This document shows, piece after piece, positions 22,809-32,271 of a stretch of 64,000 nt of DNA. The position numbers and the translations under genes are program-made. Under the pieces are notes generated by a model. The model ran no database searches. It saw only the letters and a program-made list of their open reading frames with translations, and was not told the origin of the DNA. Each line of letters begins with the position of its first letter. The stretch's first letter is position 1. The stretch is from an uncultured Celeribacter sp. (GTDB taxonomy: Bacteria > Pseudomonadota > Alphaproteobacteria > Rhodobacterales > Rhodobacteraceae), in the NCBI RefSeq assembly GCF_963676475.2, contig NZ_CAXXQZ010000001.1, positions 875,245 through 939,244 of the forward strand, written 5' to 3'.

Positions 22809-24248
22809 TTAAACCGAGATCGCTTTGATTTCGCAGAAATCTTCGATGCCGTATTGCCCGCCTTCGCGGCCATTGCCCGACAGCTTATAGCCGCCAAACG
22901 GCGAGCCGTAGGAAATATCCGAGCCGTTCAAATGCACCATGCCCGCGCGAATGTCCCGCGCCATGGCGAGGCCACGGGCTTTGCTTTCCTCTGAGGCGCC
23001 GGTCTGGATATAGGCGGCGAGGCCGTAGGGCGTGTCATTGGCGATGTGCACCGCGTCTTCGTCGTCCTGATAGGAGATCATCACCAGAACCGGGCCAAAG
23101 ACCTCTTCCTGCGCGATGCGCATGTCGTTGGTCACATCGCCAAACACCGTCGGGCGCACGAAATAGCCGCGATTGAAGCCCTCGGGCCGCCCGAGACCGC
23201 CCGCCACCAGCCGCGCACCGTCTTCGATGCCGGCCTGAATGAGGCTCTGCACCCGGTCGTATTGCATCTGCGACACCAGCGGGCCGATGTGGTTGCCGGT
23301 CTGCGACGGCAGGCCGACCTCGGTGGCTTCTGCCACCTCCTTGGCGATCTCCATCGCGGTCTCGTAATGGCTTTCCGGGATCAGCATCCGCGTCGGCGCG
23401 TTGCAGCTTTGCCCGGTGTTTTGGAAGCAATGCCGCACGCCGCGTTTCACCGCCTCCTCGAAATCGCAATCGTCCAACAGCACGTTCGGGGATTTGCCGC
23501 CCAGCTCCAGCGTCACGCGTTTGACCGTGGGGGCGGCGGCTTTGGAAATCTCGATACCTGCGCGGGTGGAACCGGTGAAGGAGACCATGGCCACATCAGG
23601 GTGAGACGAAATCGCGGCCCCCACGCCCGGACCGTCGCCATTCACAAGATTGAACACGCCCTTCGGCACGCCCGCCTCATGCAGAATCTCGGCGTACAAA
23701 AGCGCGTTCATCGGGGTCAGTTCCGAGGGTTTCAACACCATGGTGCAGCCTGCGGCCAGCGCCGGGATGACCTTCAACGCGATCTGGTTGATCGGCCAGT
23801 TCCACGGCGTGATAAAGCCACAGACCCCGATGGCCTCATGCACGATGAGATCGCCGGGGCCGTTTTCGTGCTCGAAATCAAAGGCTTCAAGCGCCTTCAC
23901 CACACCGTCCAGATGACCGATGCCGACGGCGGCCTGCGCCCGGTCGGACAGAGAAATCGGCGCGCCCATTTCTTCGGTGATCAGCGCGGACATTTCATCG
24001 TAACGGCTCTGATAGACCTCGCGGATCGAGGCCAAAAGATCGAGGCGCTCGGCCTTTGTGGTGCGCGAAAATGACGGGAAGGCGGCTTTGGCGGCCGCCA
24101 CGGCGGCATCGACATCCGCAGCCGTGCCCATGGCCACCTGGGCAAAGACCTCTTCGCTGGCCGGATTGATCACGTCCATCATGGTCTCACCCAGCGGTTT
24201 GACCCATTCCCCGTTGATATAGAACCGATCGGTTTTCAACTCCGTCAT
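22809..24248 (-). CDS. Aldehyde dehydrogenase
   Basis: PWNWP, FTGST, LELGGKSP, GQSCNA and EEVFGP motifs. Confidence 0.92.
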   Translation of the reverse strand: MTELKTDRFYINGEWVKPLGETMMDVINPASEEVFAQVAMGTAADVDAAVAAAKAAFPSFSRTTKAERLDLLASIREVYQSRYDEMSALITEEMGAPISLSDRAQAAVGIGHLDGVVKALEAFDFEHENGPGDLIVHEAIGVCGFITPWNWPINQIALKVIPALAAGCTMVLKPSELTPMNALLYAEILHEAGVPKGVFNLVNGDGPGVGAAISSHPDVAMVSFTGSTRAGIEISKAAAPTVKRVTLELGGKSPNVLLDDCDFEEAVKRGVRHCFQNTGQSCNAPTRMLIPESHYETAMEIAKEVAEATEVGLPSQTGNHIGPLVSQMQYDRVQSLIQAGIEDGARLVAGGLGRPEGFNRGYFVRPTVFGDVTNDMRIAQEEVFGPVLVMISYQDDEDAVHIANDTPYGLAAYIQTGASEESKARGLAMARDIRAGMVHLNGSDISYGSPFGGYKLSGNGREGGQYGIEDFCEIKAISV

Positions 24249-24268
24249 GCCTGTTATCCTTTTGAAAC

Positions 24269-25570
24269 TTATAACCTGTCGCGCAAAGCATACCACGTCA
24301 TCGCCAGCGCCAGAAGCGGCGTCCGAAGCTTTGGCCCACCGGGAAAGCGCGGGCTCGGCAGCGATTGCATGAGATCGAACCGCGCGGCGTGGCCCTCGAC
24401 CGCCTCCGCCGCGATTTGCCCGGCGAGTGTGGCCAAAGCGACGCCCTGACCGGAGAAGCCGGCGATGGACATCGCATTCGGGCCGAGACGCGCGAAATGC
24501 GGCAGGCGGGACATGGTGATGCCCAGCGTGCCGCCCCAAGCGTAGTCCAGTTTGGCGTCTTTCAGTTCCGGGTAAACGCCCAACATCGGTGCACGCACCT
24601 TGGCGCGCAGGTCACTGGGGAACTTATAGCCGTAACTTTCACCACCGCCGAAAATCATCCGGTTGTCCGGCGACATACGGTAGTAATTGATCACAAACCG
24701 ACTGTCCGCAACGGCATGGCGGTTCGGGATCAGTCGCGCCGCGAGATCGGAGGGCAGGGGTTCCGTGACGGCGATGAAATTGTTGATCGGCATGACGTGA
24801 TGCGCGACGTCGGGCTCAATATTGTTGTGATAGCCATTGAGCGCGAGGATCAGGTGATCGGCCTCCACCACGGCCTGATCGGTGTGGACGCGCGGTTTGG
24901 CTTTGGTTTCTATTTTGGTCACGCGCGACAGCTCATGGATGCGCACACCGGCGGCCTCGGCCAGGCGTGCAATCGCAAAGGCATAGCGCAGCGGGTGCAG
25001 GTGGCCGGAACCCATATCCAACGTGCCGGAGTGGTAATCCTCAGACCCGGTCTCATGTCGCACGGCGTCGCGGTCGAGGTATCGAATTTTGTCGTAGCCG
25101 TAGACCTTTTGCATATGATCGACATGCTTTTGCGAATGGCCAGAAAACCGGGCCCGGTGATTGGCGTGGATCACGCCATCACGCCAGTCGCAATCATCCC
25201 CGCTCTCGGACAGGATCGCTTTGACCAGATCGACAGCCTCGGCGCCCAGATCCCAGAGCATCCGCGCGTCATCCATGCTGACGTGGGTTTCCAACTCGTC
25301 CTGTTCGAGCCGCTGGCCCATTGACACCTGACCGCCATTGCGCCCGGAGGCGCCGGAGCCGACGCGCGAGGCCTCCAAAAGCACCACGTCCAATCCCCGC
25401 CGCGCCATATGGAGCGCCGCCGACAGGCCCGCATAGCCGCCGCCGACGACGCAGACATCGGCCTTCACCGTGCCGGTGGCAGCCGGGTAGGGGCCGGGGG
25501 CGGTAGCCGTGGCGGCATACCACGATTGCGCGTGGTCGCCGGGTCGGTCGTTGATGGTCAGGATGTCCAT
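24269..25570 (-). CDS. puuB: FAD-dependent oxidoreductase (PuuB/gamma-glutamylputrescine oxidase family)
   Basis: VVGGGYAGL, GASGRNGGQ, HLHPLRY and GFSGQGV motifs. Confidence 0.82.
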   Translation of the reverse strand: MDILTINDRPGDHAQSWYAATATAPGPYPAATGTVKADVCVVGGGYAGLSAALHMARRGLDVVLLEASRVGSGASGRNGGQVSMGQRLEQDELETHVSMDDARMLWDLGAEAVDLVKAILSESGDDCDWRDGVIHANHRARFSGHSQKHVDHMQKVYGYDKIRYLDRDAVRHETGSEDYHSGTLDMGSGHLHPLRYAFAIARLAEAAGVRIHELSRVTKIETKAKPRVHTDQAVVEADHLILALNGYHNNIEPDVAHHVMPINNFIAVTEPLPSDLAARLIPNRHAVADSRFVINYYRMSPDNRMIFGGGESYGYKFPSDLRAKVRAPMLGVYPELKDAKLDYAWGGTLGITMSRLPHFARLGPNAMSIAGFSGQGVALATLAGQIAAEAVEGHAARFDLMQSLPSPRFPGGPKLRTPLLALAMTWYALRDRL

Positions 25571-25574
25571 GAGA

Positions 25575-26957
25575 TCAAACGTTTAGCCCCTCCGCCTCAA
25601 TCCGCTCCAACGCCTCGTCGAGAGATTTGCGGGCACGTTCGATCAGGATGTCGACCTCTGCTTTGGTGATGGTCAGGGGCGGGGAGATGATCATCCGGTC
25701 GCCCACATGGCGCATCACCAGATTGTTGGCAAAACAGCGCTCGCGACAGATATAGCCGACGGTGCCCGCATCCGCCTTGAACTTCGCCCGCGTCGCCTTG
25801 TTCGGCGTCAAGGCGATGGAGCCCATGAGGCCGACGATCTTAGCCTCGCCGACCATCGGATGATCGACCAGCGCTTCCCATTTTTCCTTGAGGTAGGGTG
25901 CGATCTCTTGGCCGGCACGGGTGACGATGCCTTCCTCTTCGAGCAAGCGAATGTTTTCCAAGGCCACGGCACAGGCCACCGGATGGCCCGCATAGGTGTA
26001 GCCATGGGCGAATTCGCTGCCGTTGATCACAGAGGCGATCTCGTCAGAGACGATGGAGGCGCCGAGAGGAATGTAGCCCGACGTGATGCCCTTGGCACAG
26101 GTCATGATGTCGGGCGTGATGCCCATGGTCTCGGAGCCGAACCAATTGCCGGTGCGGCCAAAGCCGGTGATGACCTCGTCGACGATCAAAAGAATGCCGT
26201 ATTTCTCGAGGATGCGGTTGATTTCCGGCCAGTAGGTTTCCGGCGGCACGATGACGCCACCGGCGCCTTGTACCGGCTCCGCGATAAAGGCGGCGACGGT
26301 TTCGGGGCCAAGTTCGAGGATTTTCGCCTCAAGTGCCTGTGCGCGTTGAAGGCCGAACTCTTCGGGGCTCAGATCGCCGCCTTCGGACCACCAATCCGGC
26401 TGGTCAATGTGGTGAATGCCGGGGATGGGCAGGCCGCCTTGCGCGTGGATGCCCTTCATCCCCCCCAGCGAGCCGCCGCCCATGGTGGAGCCGTGATAGC
26501 CATTCCAGCGCGAGATCACGTTGAAGCGCTCCGGCTGGCCTTTCAGCTCCCAGTAATGCCGCACCATCCGCAGGTTGGTGTCGTTGGAATCCGAGCCCGA
26601 GCCGTTGAAGAACACATGGTTCAGATCACCCGGCGCAATTTCGGCGAGTTTCTTGGCCAGCATGATCGCAGGCACCGTCGAGGTTTGGAAAAACGTATTG
26701 TAATAGGGCAGTTGCTTCATCTGACGCGCCGCCGCCTCGGCCAGCTCGTCGCGTCCGTAGCCGATGTTCACACACCACAGACCGGCCATGGCATCGAGAA
26801 TTTCCTCGCCCTCGCTGTCGGTCAGCCAGACACCCGTTGCCTTGGTGATGATCCGCGCGCCTTTCTTCGCCAATTCATCGCCGTCGGTGAACGGGTGCAT
26901 GTGGTGGGCGGCGTCGAGCGCTTGCAATTCGGCGGTGGGCAGGTGGTTGTCGCTCAT
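25575..26957 (-). CDS. Class III aminotransferase (putrescine-pyruvate/SpuC-like)
   Basis: DAMAGLWCVNIGYGR, DEVITGFGRTG, AKGITSGYIPLG. Confidence 0.88.
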   Translation of the reverse strand: MSDNHLPTAELQALDAAHHMHPFTDGDELAKKGARIITKATGVWLTDSEGEEILDAMAGLWCVNIGYGRDELAEAAARQMKQLPYYNTFFQTSTVPAIMLAKKLAEIAPGDLNHVFFNGSGSDSNDTNLRMVRHYWELKGQPERFNVISRWNGYHGSTMGGGSLGGMKGIHAQGGLPIPGIHHIDQPDWWSEGGDLSPEEFGLQRAQALEAKILELGPETVAAFIAEPVQGAGGVIVPPETYWPEINRILEKYGILLIVDEVITGFGRTGNWFGSETMGITPDIMTCAKGITSGYIPLGASIVSDEIASVINGSEFAHGYTYAGHPVACAVALENIRLLEEEGIVTRAGQEIAPYLKEKWEALVDHPMVGEAKIVGLMGSIALTPNKATRAKFKADAGTVGYICRERCFANNLVMRHVGDRMIISPPLTITKAEVDILIERARKSLDEALERIEAEGLNV

Positions 26958-27195
26958 GCGTCTGGTCCTTATGCCATCTGGTCGCCGGGGCCCTCGTAAG
27001 AGCAGTATAGGAAGGTTGGCGAGATGGGTGAATCTGTGTGGATGATCGGAGGCAAAACTCCGGGAAGGGTGCTGTTTCAAAAAATATGATCAAATTATTG
27101 ACAGGTCAAGAGAGCGTCCCATCGCAAGACGGCAAGAGGCACCTGACGTTTTCGCAAATGCGGGTGAGGTGAGATCGGCGTTTGTGTCAGAAGAC

Positions 27196-27918
27196 TTAGG
27201 ACGCGCGTGACATCGCGTTGATTGCGCGCACCAGTTTCTCAAGGTCCGCTTCATAGAACCCCGCCGCATTGATGCAATTGGTCTCAAGCATTCTGAGCCC
27301 CTCAAAGGTGCGACAGATGTCGATGACATAGGCGGGTGCGTCATCTGGATTGACCGCGACAAGCCTCTCGACAAAGGCCATGGCGTCAGGGTCGATCTCA
27401 TGACGATAGGTGACACGGGCGCCCTCTTTGTAGAGCGAGTAGGTCACGATCCGATCCTCTACGACCCAAATCCGCCATTCGCGCTCAATGCGCGCGGGCG
27501 GCGTCAACATCAGTTCGGTATCGAGTCGAAGCGATCCGCGCGGGATGTCGCCCGGATCAATCGCCAAAACCCTCTGCGCGAGCGCCCTGATCTCGGCGGC
27601 GGATTTCACCGTTCCGGGCTGTTCCTTGCTGTCGGCCACGGGGCGGAGAAACCAGTCTGTGCCATCGTCGGGCAGGCGCTCGGGAATGTCACTCAACGTC
27701 AAAAAAAGCGCATCGGCACCATTCAAAAGATAAGGGTGCCAGGCGGTTTGATGCACGAATGGGGCAATGCGAAACACGCCGGGTTTCAGCCCTTTGGCCT
27801 GAGCGTATTTCCACATCGTATAAGCCCCGAACAGGACAACGGCGTTCGGGTCCGCGATCTCAGGGGCCGGGGTTAAATCCCCGACAAATGGCACGATCTT
27901 GTGCCAGCTGTACGCCAT
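27196..27918 (-). CDS. ATP-grasp domain protein (DUF4343/R2K-like)
   Basis: WFLRP, EWRIWVVEDRIV, YVIDI and LETNCINAAGFY ATP-grasp motifs. Confidence 0.7.
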   Translation of the reverse strand: MAYSWHKIVPFVGDLTPAPEIADPNAVVLFGAYTMWKYAQAKGLKPGVFRIAPFVHQTAWHPYLLNGADALFLTLSDIPERLPDDGTDWFLRPVADSKEQPGTVKSAAEIRALAQRVLAIDPGDIPRGSLRLDTELMLTPPARIEREWRIWVVEDRIVTYSLYKEGARVTYRHEIDPDAMAFVERLVAVNPDDAPAYVIDICRTFEGLRMLETNCINAAGFYEADLEKLVRAINAMSRAS

Positions 27919-28010
27919 GTCGAGCGCGTCAAGAGCCGCCGCAAGTTTGCGGGTGTCTTCGAAATCCTGAAGAATCTACTGCATCCGTTCATTCCCTAAC
28001 GGCGCATGAT

Positions 28011-28044
28011 CCCCGTAGGAACTTGGGGCCCCGTAGGAACTTGG
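28011..28044. repeat. Tandem duplication, 16-bp identical unit with 18-bp period
   Basis: CCCCGTAGGAACTTGG at 28011 and 28029. Confidence 0.9.
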
Positions 28045-28062
28045 AGACTTGGCGCCCTAAAC

Positions 28063-28197
28063 TCAGAACCAGCCCTGAACCGTGCGCGAGGCGCCGGTTA
28101 TGTCTTCGCCGACACCTGCGACGGTGCCGCAGGCGGTCAGAGTGGAGGTGAGTGTGAGGGTGAGGAGGAGGGCGACTGCTGCTTTTTTCATGATCAT
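28063..28197 (-). CDS. Entericidin A/B-type small lipoprotein (absent from the ORF track)
   Basis: MIMKKAAVALLLTLTLTSTLTAC-GTVAGVGEDITGASRTVQGWF: lipobox LTAC followed by T-x-x-G-x-G-E-D-I. Confidence 0.75.
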   Translation of the reverse strand: MIMKKAAVALLLTLTLTSTLTACGTVAGVGEDITGASRTVQGWF

Positions 28198-28237
28198 TTT
28201 TCCCATTTCTCTAAAGGGTATTCGTCCCACGTTGGGG

Positions 28238-30055
28238 TCATTCTTCCCAGTACCAGGTCATTTCCCGCCACATGATCCAATCGCCGTACAAAGGCAAGGG
28301 CTCAGGATAATGCAGCTCCTTCACATGCGCGTTAAAGCTTTCGTTCCAGGCATAAAGCGGGATGGCGTAGCGGCCTGCGGTCAACAGACGGTCAAGCGCG
28401 CGGGTGGCGGCGAGGCTGTCTTCGCGGTCGCTGGCGTCGAGCATTTTGGCGATCATCGCGTCCACCACAGGGTCCTTGACGCCCGCGATGTTGCGCGAGC
28501 CGGGTTGATCGGCGGCGGCCTGACCGAAATAGGCGTATTGTTCGTTGCCGGGGCTGAGCGAGGTGCCGTAGCGCACCGGCGTCATGCCGAAATCGAAGTT
28601 GCCTGTGCGCTGGATATATTGCGGTTTGTCGACCACGGAAATCTTCGGCTGGATGCCCAACTGGTTGAGCATCTGCGTGTAAGTGTCGATGATGGATTGG
28701 TTTTCATCGTCGCCCACCATGAGCAAGATTTCAAAGGTGAAAAGCTGGCCGTCGGCGTTCTTCATCTGGCCATTGTCGATGGTCCAGCCCGCCTCTTCCA
28801 TCAGCCCAAGCGCGCGGCGCATCGCGCCCCGATCCAACTCGCGGCCCGAAGTTTCGGGCAGGGCGTAGCCTTCCATCACGCCGGGGAGCAGATCGTCCTG
28901 ATAGGGCTCCAACAGCTCTTTGACGCGGCCGTCAGCCGGGCCGGGACGCATGCCCAGAGGCGAGTTGGAGAAGTAAGACGTGATGCGGCTTTGCTGGCTC
29001 TCGGTCTGGGCCTCGTTGATATAGTTAAAATTGAACGCCTCGATCATCGCTTGCCGGACGCGCCAGTCGGCAAATTGCGGCAGGCGGGTGTTCATCGCAA
29101 ATCCTGTCATGCCGGTCGGGCGCTGGTGCGGAATTTCAGATTTCACCACATCTCCGCGGGTGACCGCAGGAAAATCGTATTGGTCCTGCCACAGCTGCAC
29201 GTTGAATTCGCGGTGTGCGTTCAACTCTCCGGCTTTGAAAGCCTCGATCACCAGAGACGGATCGGCGAAGAATTCGAAACGGATGGTGTCGAAATTCGCC
29301 TGTCCCTGCATGACGGGCAGGTCCTTGCCCCAATAGTCGGGATTACGGGTCATTTCGATAAACATGCCCGGATTGGCGTCGGTCACCGTGTAGGGCGCGG
29401 AGGTCACCGGGATCTGGTCCATGCCCGATTTGGTGAACGCCTTGTCGTCCCAATAGGCTTTTTTCAGGATCGGACGGGTGGCCACCAAAAGCGCCAATTC
29501 GCGGTTTTCCGTGGTGAAGGTGAATTTCACGGATCTGTCGCCGGTCTGCTCGACGCTGTCAATCTGGCTCCAGAGCGAGGCGTAACGCCCATGGCCCTCG
29601 GTGCCAAGCGTCTCGAAGGACCACATGACATCCTCGACCGTCACCGGCGTGCCGTCGGAAAACTTCGCCTCGGGGCGCAGGGTAAACTCGACCCAAGTGC
29701 GATCCTCATCCGTCTCGACGGTTTCGCACAAAAGACAATAGAGCGAGAAGGGTTCGGAATAGGCCTGCATCATCAGGCTCTCAGCCATCATGTAGCGCAG
29801 CTGCCAGGGCACATTGCCTTTCTCGATGAAAGGGTTGAGGCTGTCGAAAGTGCCGCCTTCGCCGGTGACGATCTTGCCGCCCTTGGGCGCGTCGGCGCGG
29901 ACATAGGGCAGGGCGGCGAAATCGGCGGGAAGCTCCGGCGCGCCATACATAGCCAACCCATGCGAGGGGTCGGCAAATGCTGCGGTGCTCACAACTGTGG
30001 TGAGGGTCAGCGCGGCTGTGCCGGTTCTGACCAAATGAAGATATTGCTGCGCCAT
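28238..30055 (-). CDS. Peptide ABC substrate-binding protein (YejA-like)
   Basis: HGLAMYG, NADAPKGG-like motif, FDSLNPF and DWRVRQA motifs. Confidence 0.88.
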   Translation of the reverse strand: MAQQYLHLVRTGTAALTLTTVVSTAAFADPSHGLAMYGAPELPADFAALPYVRADAPKGGKIVTGEGGTFDSLNPFIEKGNVPWQLRYMMAESLMMQAYSEPFSLYCLLCETVETDEDRTWVEFTLRPEAKFSDGTPVTVEDVMWSFETLGTEGHGRYASLWSQIDSVEQTGDRSVKFTFTTENRELALLVATRPILKKAYWDDKAFTKSGMDQIPVTSAPYTVTDANPGMFIEMTRNPDYWGKDLPVMQGQANFDTIRFEFFADPSLVIEAFKAGELNAHREFNVQLWQDQYDFPAVTRGDVVKSEIPHQRPTGMTGFAMNTRLPQFADWRVRQAMIEAFNFNYINEAQTESQQSRITSYFSNSPLGMRPGPADGRVKELLEPYQDDLLPGVMEGYALPETSGRELDRGAMRRALGLMEEAGWTIDNGQMKNADGQLFTFEILLMVGDDENQSIIDTYTQMLNQLGIQPKISVVDKPQYIQRTGNFDFGMTPVRYGTSLSPGNEQYAYFGQAAADQPGSRNIAGVKDPVVDAMIAKMLDASDREDSLAATRALDRLLTAGRYAIPLYAWNESFNAHVKELHYPEPLPLYGDWIMWREMTWYWEE

Positions 30056-30129
30056 AGGTGACGGCCTCCGCCCATTTTGTTGTTGTGCACCAAACTATGC
30101 CGCCGCGAATGTGTTTTCAAACTTTTAGC

Positions 30130-30158
30130 TTGGAGTGCGGCGTGGAACCGCGTATAAA
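30130..30158 (+). promoter_or_regulatory. Sigma70-type promoter
   Basis: TTGGAG-17bp-TATAAA. Confidence 0.55.
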
Positions 30159-30164
30159 GAAGTC

Positions 30165-30240
30165 ACTGCTCGATAGGTTTCTTGCCTGTATGAAACCTGC
30201 CTCAATAACTCAGCGCCCGCCTCGTGCGGGCGTTTTTTTT
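30165..30240 (+). ncRNA. Candidate small regulatory RNA (~75 nt)
   Basis: Promoter, then hairpin AGGTTTC/GAAACCT, then terminator CGCCCGC/GCGGGCG plus T8, all intergenic with no ORF. Confidence 0.5.
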
Positions 30241-30436
30241 GGTTCAAAATCGGCTGTATTTCCAAGCGGGCTTGGCCAAAAGCGCCTTTTGATCGGGCAG
30301 ATAAAAATCTTTCATCGCAGCGTCTTCCCGCAAAAATCTCGCCGAATTGACCGATTCTCATCAGGTTACGGCGATTCTCCCCTTTGCTTTGCAGCTGCAG
30401 CACCTACAGTTAAACGCAAAGAGATTGGAGGCACTT

Positions 30437-31210
30437 ATGACTGTTCAAGGTAAAACCGCTGTGATCACCGGGTCGAACTCAGGCATCGGGCTTGGCGTGG
30501 CGCGCGAATTGGCGAAATCGGGCGCGGATGTCGTGCTCAATTCCTTCACGGATCGCGACGAGGATCACGCGCTGGCCGAAGAGATCGGCAAGGAATTCGG
30601 CGTCACCGCGCGCTATATCAAAGCGGATATGTCGAAGGGCGACGAATGCCGCGCGCTCATCGAGAAGGCGGGCGCCTGCGATATTCTCGTCAACAACGCG
30701 GGCATTCAGCATGTCGCGGGGATCGACGAATTTCCGACCGCGAAATGGGATGCGATCATCGCGATCAACTTGAGCTCGGCCTTTCACACCACGGCGGCCG
30801 CTTTGCCACTGATGCGCGCGGCGGGCTGGGGCCGGGTGATCAATATCGCCTCCGCCCATGGCCTGACCGCCTCGCCCTATAAATCCGCCTATGTCGCCGC
30901 CAAACACGGCGTGGTGGGGCTGACCAAGGTCACGGCACTGGAGACTGCCGAAGAGCCGATCACCTGTAATGCGATCTGTCCGGGCTATGTTTTGACCCCG
31001 CTGGTGGAGGCGCAAATCCCCGATACGATGGAGAAATACGGCATGGACCGCGAAACGGTGATCCGTGAGGTTCTGTTGGATCGTCAACCGTCGAAACAAT
31101 TCGCCACGGTCGAGGAACTGGGCGGCACTTGTGTGTTCCTCGCGTCTTCGGCGGCCAATCAGATTACGGGCACGACGATCTCCGTCGATGGTGGCTGGAC
31201 CGCGCTCTGA
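30437..31210 (+). CDS. bdhA: 3-hydroxybutyrate dehydrogenase
   Basis: TGSNSGIG, NNAGIQHV, YVAAKHG, CPGYVLTPLV. Confidence 0.92.
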   Translation: MTVQGKTAVITGSNSGIGLGVARELAKSGADVVLNSFTDRDEDHALAEEIGKEFGVTARYIKADMSKGDECRALIEKAGACDILVNNAGIQHVAGIDEFPTAKWDAIIAINLSSAFHTTAAALPLMRAAGWGRVINIASAHGLTASPYKSAYVAAKHGVVGLTKVTALETAEEPITCNAICPGYVLTPLVEAQIPDTMEKYGMDRETVIREVLLDRQPSKQFATVEELGGTCVFLASSAANQITGTTISVDGGWTAL

Positions 31211-32265
31211 TGGCGAAAAAACCGTCCAAGACCGTCAAAAAGATCAACCTCGCGCTTCAGGGCGGAGGCGCGCATGGCGCCTTCACCTGGGGCGTGTTGG
31301 ACCGGATGCTGGAGCATGAAGAGGTGGAGATCGCCGCGATTTCCGGCACCTCGGCGGGGGCGTTGAACGGCGCGGCGCTGAAATCCGGGCTGGTCCAGGG
31401 CGGGCGTGCCGGCGCAAAGGCGGCGCTCGATCGCGTCTGGGCGCAGATGGGGGCGGTGTCGGACATGCGTTTGAGCGCCTGGATGTCGCAATTCGGTCCC
31501 ACGACCGAGCTGTTCACCAAGATGATGCAATACACCGTGCCCTTTGCCTTTTTGGATTCCATCGCCACGGTCACCAGCCCCTATGTCTACGGTGCGTTTT
31601 ACGAAAACCCTTTGAACGATGTGGTCGAGGAACTGAATTGCAGCGTCTTGGGCGCCGAAGACGGCCCTGCGCTGTTCATTTCCACCACCAATGTGCGCAC
31701 CGGCAAGATCCGGGTGTTTTCCGGCGATGAGGTGAACACGGATGTGATCCTCGCTTCCGCCTGTCTGCCGGAGTTGTTCCAGGCGGTTGAGATCACCGAT
31801 CCTGTGACGGGGGTGACCGATCCCTATTGGGACGGCGGCTACACCGGCAACCCGGCGCTGTTTCCGCTCTTTGAGCCGGAATTCCCGGCGGATGTGGTGA
31901 TCGTCAATATCAACCCTCTGGAACGCCCCGGCACGCCGAAAACGCCCGAAGAGATTCAGAACCGGATCAACGAGATTTCGTTTAATTCCTCGCTGTTGCG
32001 CGAGCTGCGCGCGGTGCAATTCGTGCGCGAATTGATCGCCGCCGAACGCCTGCCGCAGGGTACGATGAAGGATGTTCTCGTGCATATGATCGCCGACGAC
32101 GCGTTGATGCAGGAACTGTCGGCGCGCACCAAAATGGTGCCGTCCCCTTTGATCCTGTCACGGCTCAAAGCGGCGGGCAGGGCGGCCTGTGACACGTTTT
32201 TAGCGGAGCATTTCGACGATCTGGGGGAACGCGCCAGTGTTGATTTGCATGAGATGTTCGCCTGA
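31210..32265 (+). CDS. Patatin-like phospholipase (possible PHB depolymerase)
   Basis: GGGAHG, GTSAG and DGG motifs; coupled to bdhA. Confidence 0.88.
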   Translation: MAKKPSKTVKKINLALQGGGAHGAFTWGVLDRMLEHEEVEIAAISGTSAGALNGAALKSGLVQGGRAGAKAALDRVWAQMGAVSDMRLSAWMSQFGPTTELFTKMMQYTVPFAFLDSIATVTSPYVYGAFYENPLNDVVEELNCSVLGAEDGPALFISTTNVRTGKIRVFSGDEVNTDVILASACLPELFQAVEITDPVTGVTDPYWDGGYTGNPALFPLFEPEFPADVVIVNINPLERPGTPKTPEEIQNRINEISFNSSLLRELRAVQFVRELIAAERLPQGTMKDVLVHMIADDALMQELSARTKMVPSPLILSRLKAAGRAACDTFLAEHFDDLGERASVDLHEMFA

Positions 32266-32271
32266 GGTGAC

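Noticed and set aside
22141-26957. Putrescine cluster lacking a glutamylating PuuA/GlnA gene
   Set aside because: Paralogues commonly lie elsewhere; cannot be judged from one window
28082-30061. Long antisense ORFs (e.g. 659 aa here, 537 aa at 60228, 534 aa at 35121, 531 aa at 54884)
   Set aside because: Shadow frames opposite well-supported genes in high-GC DNA
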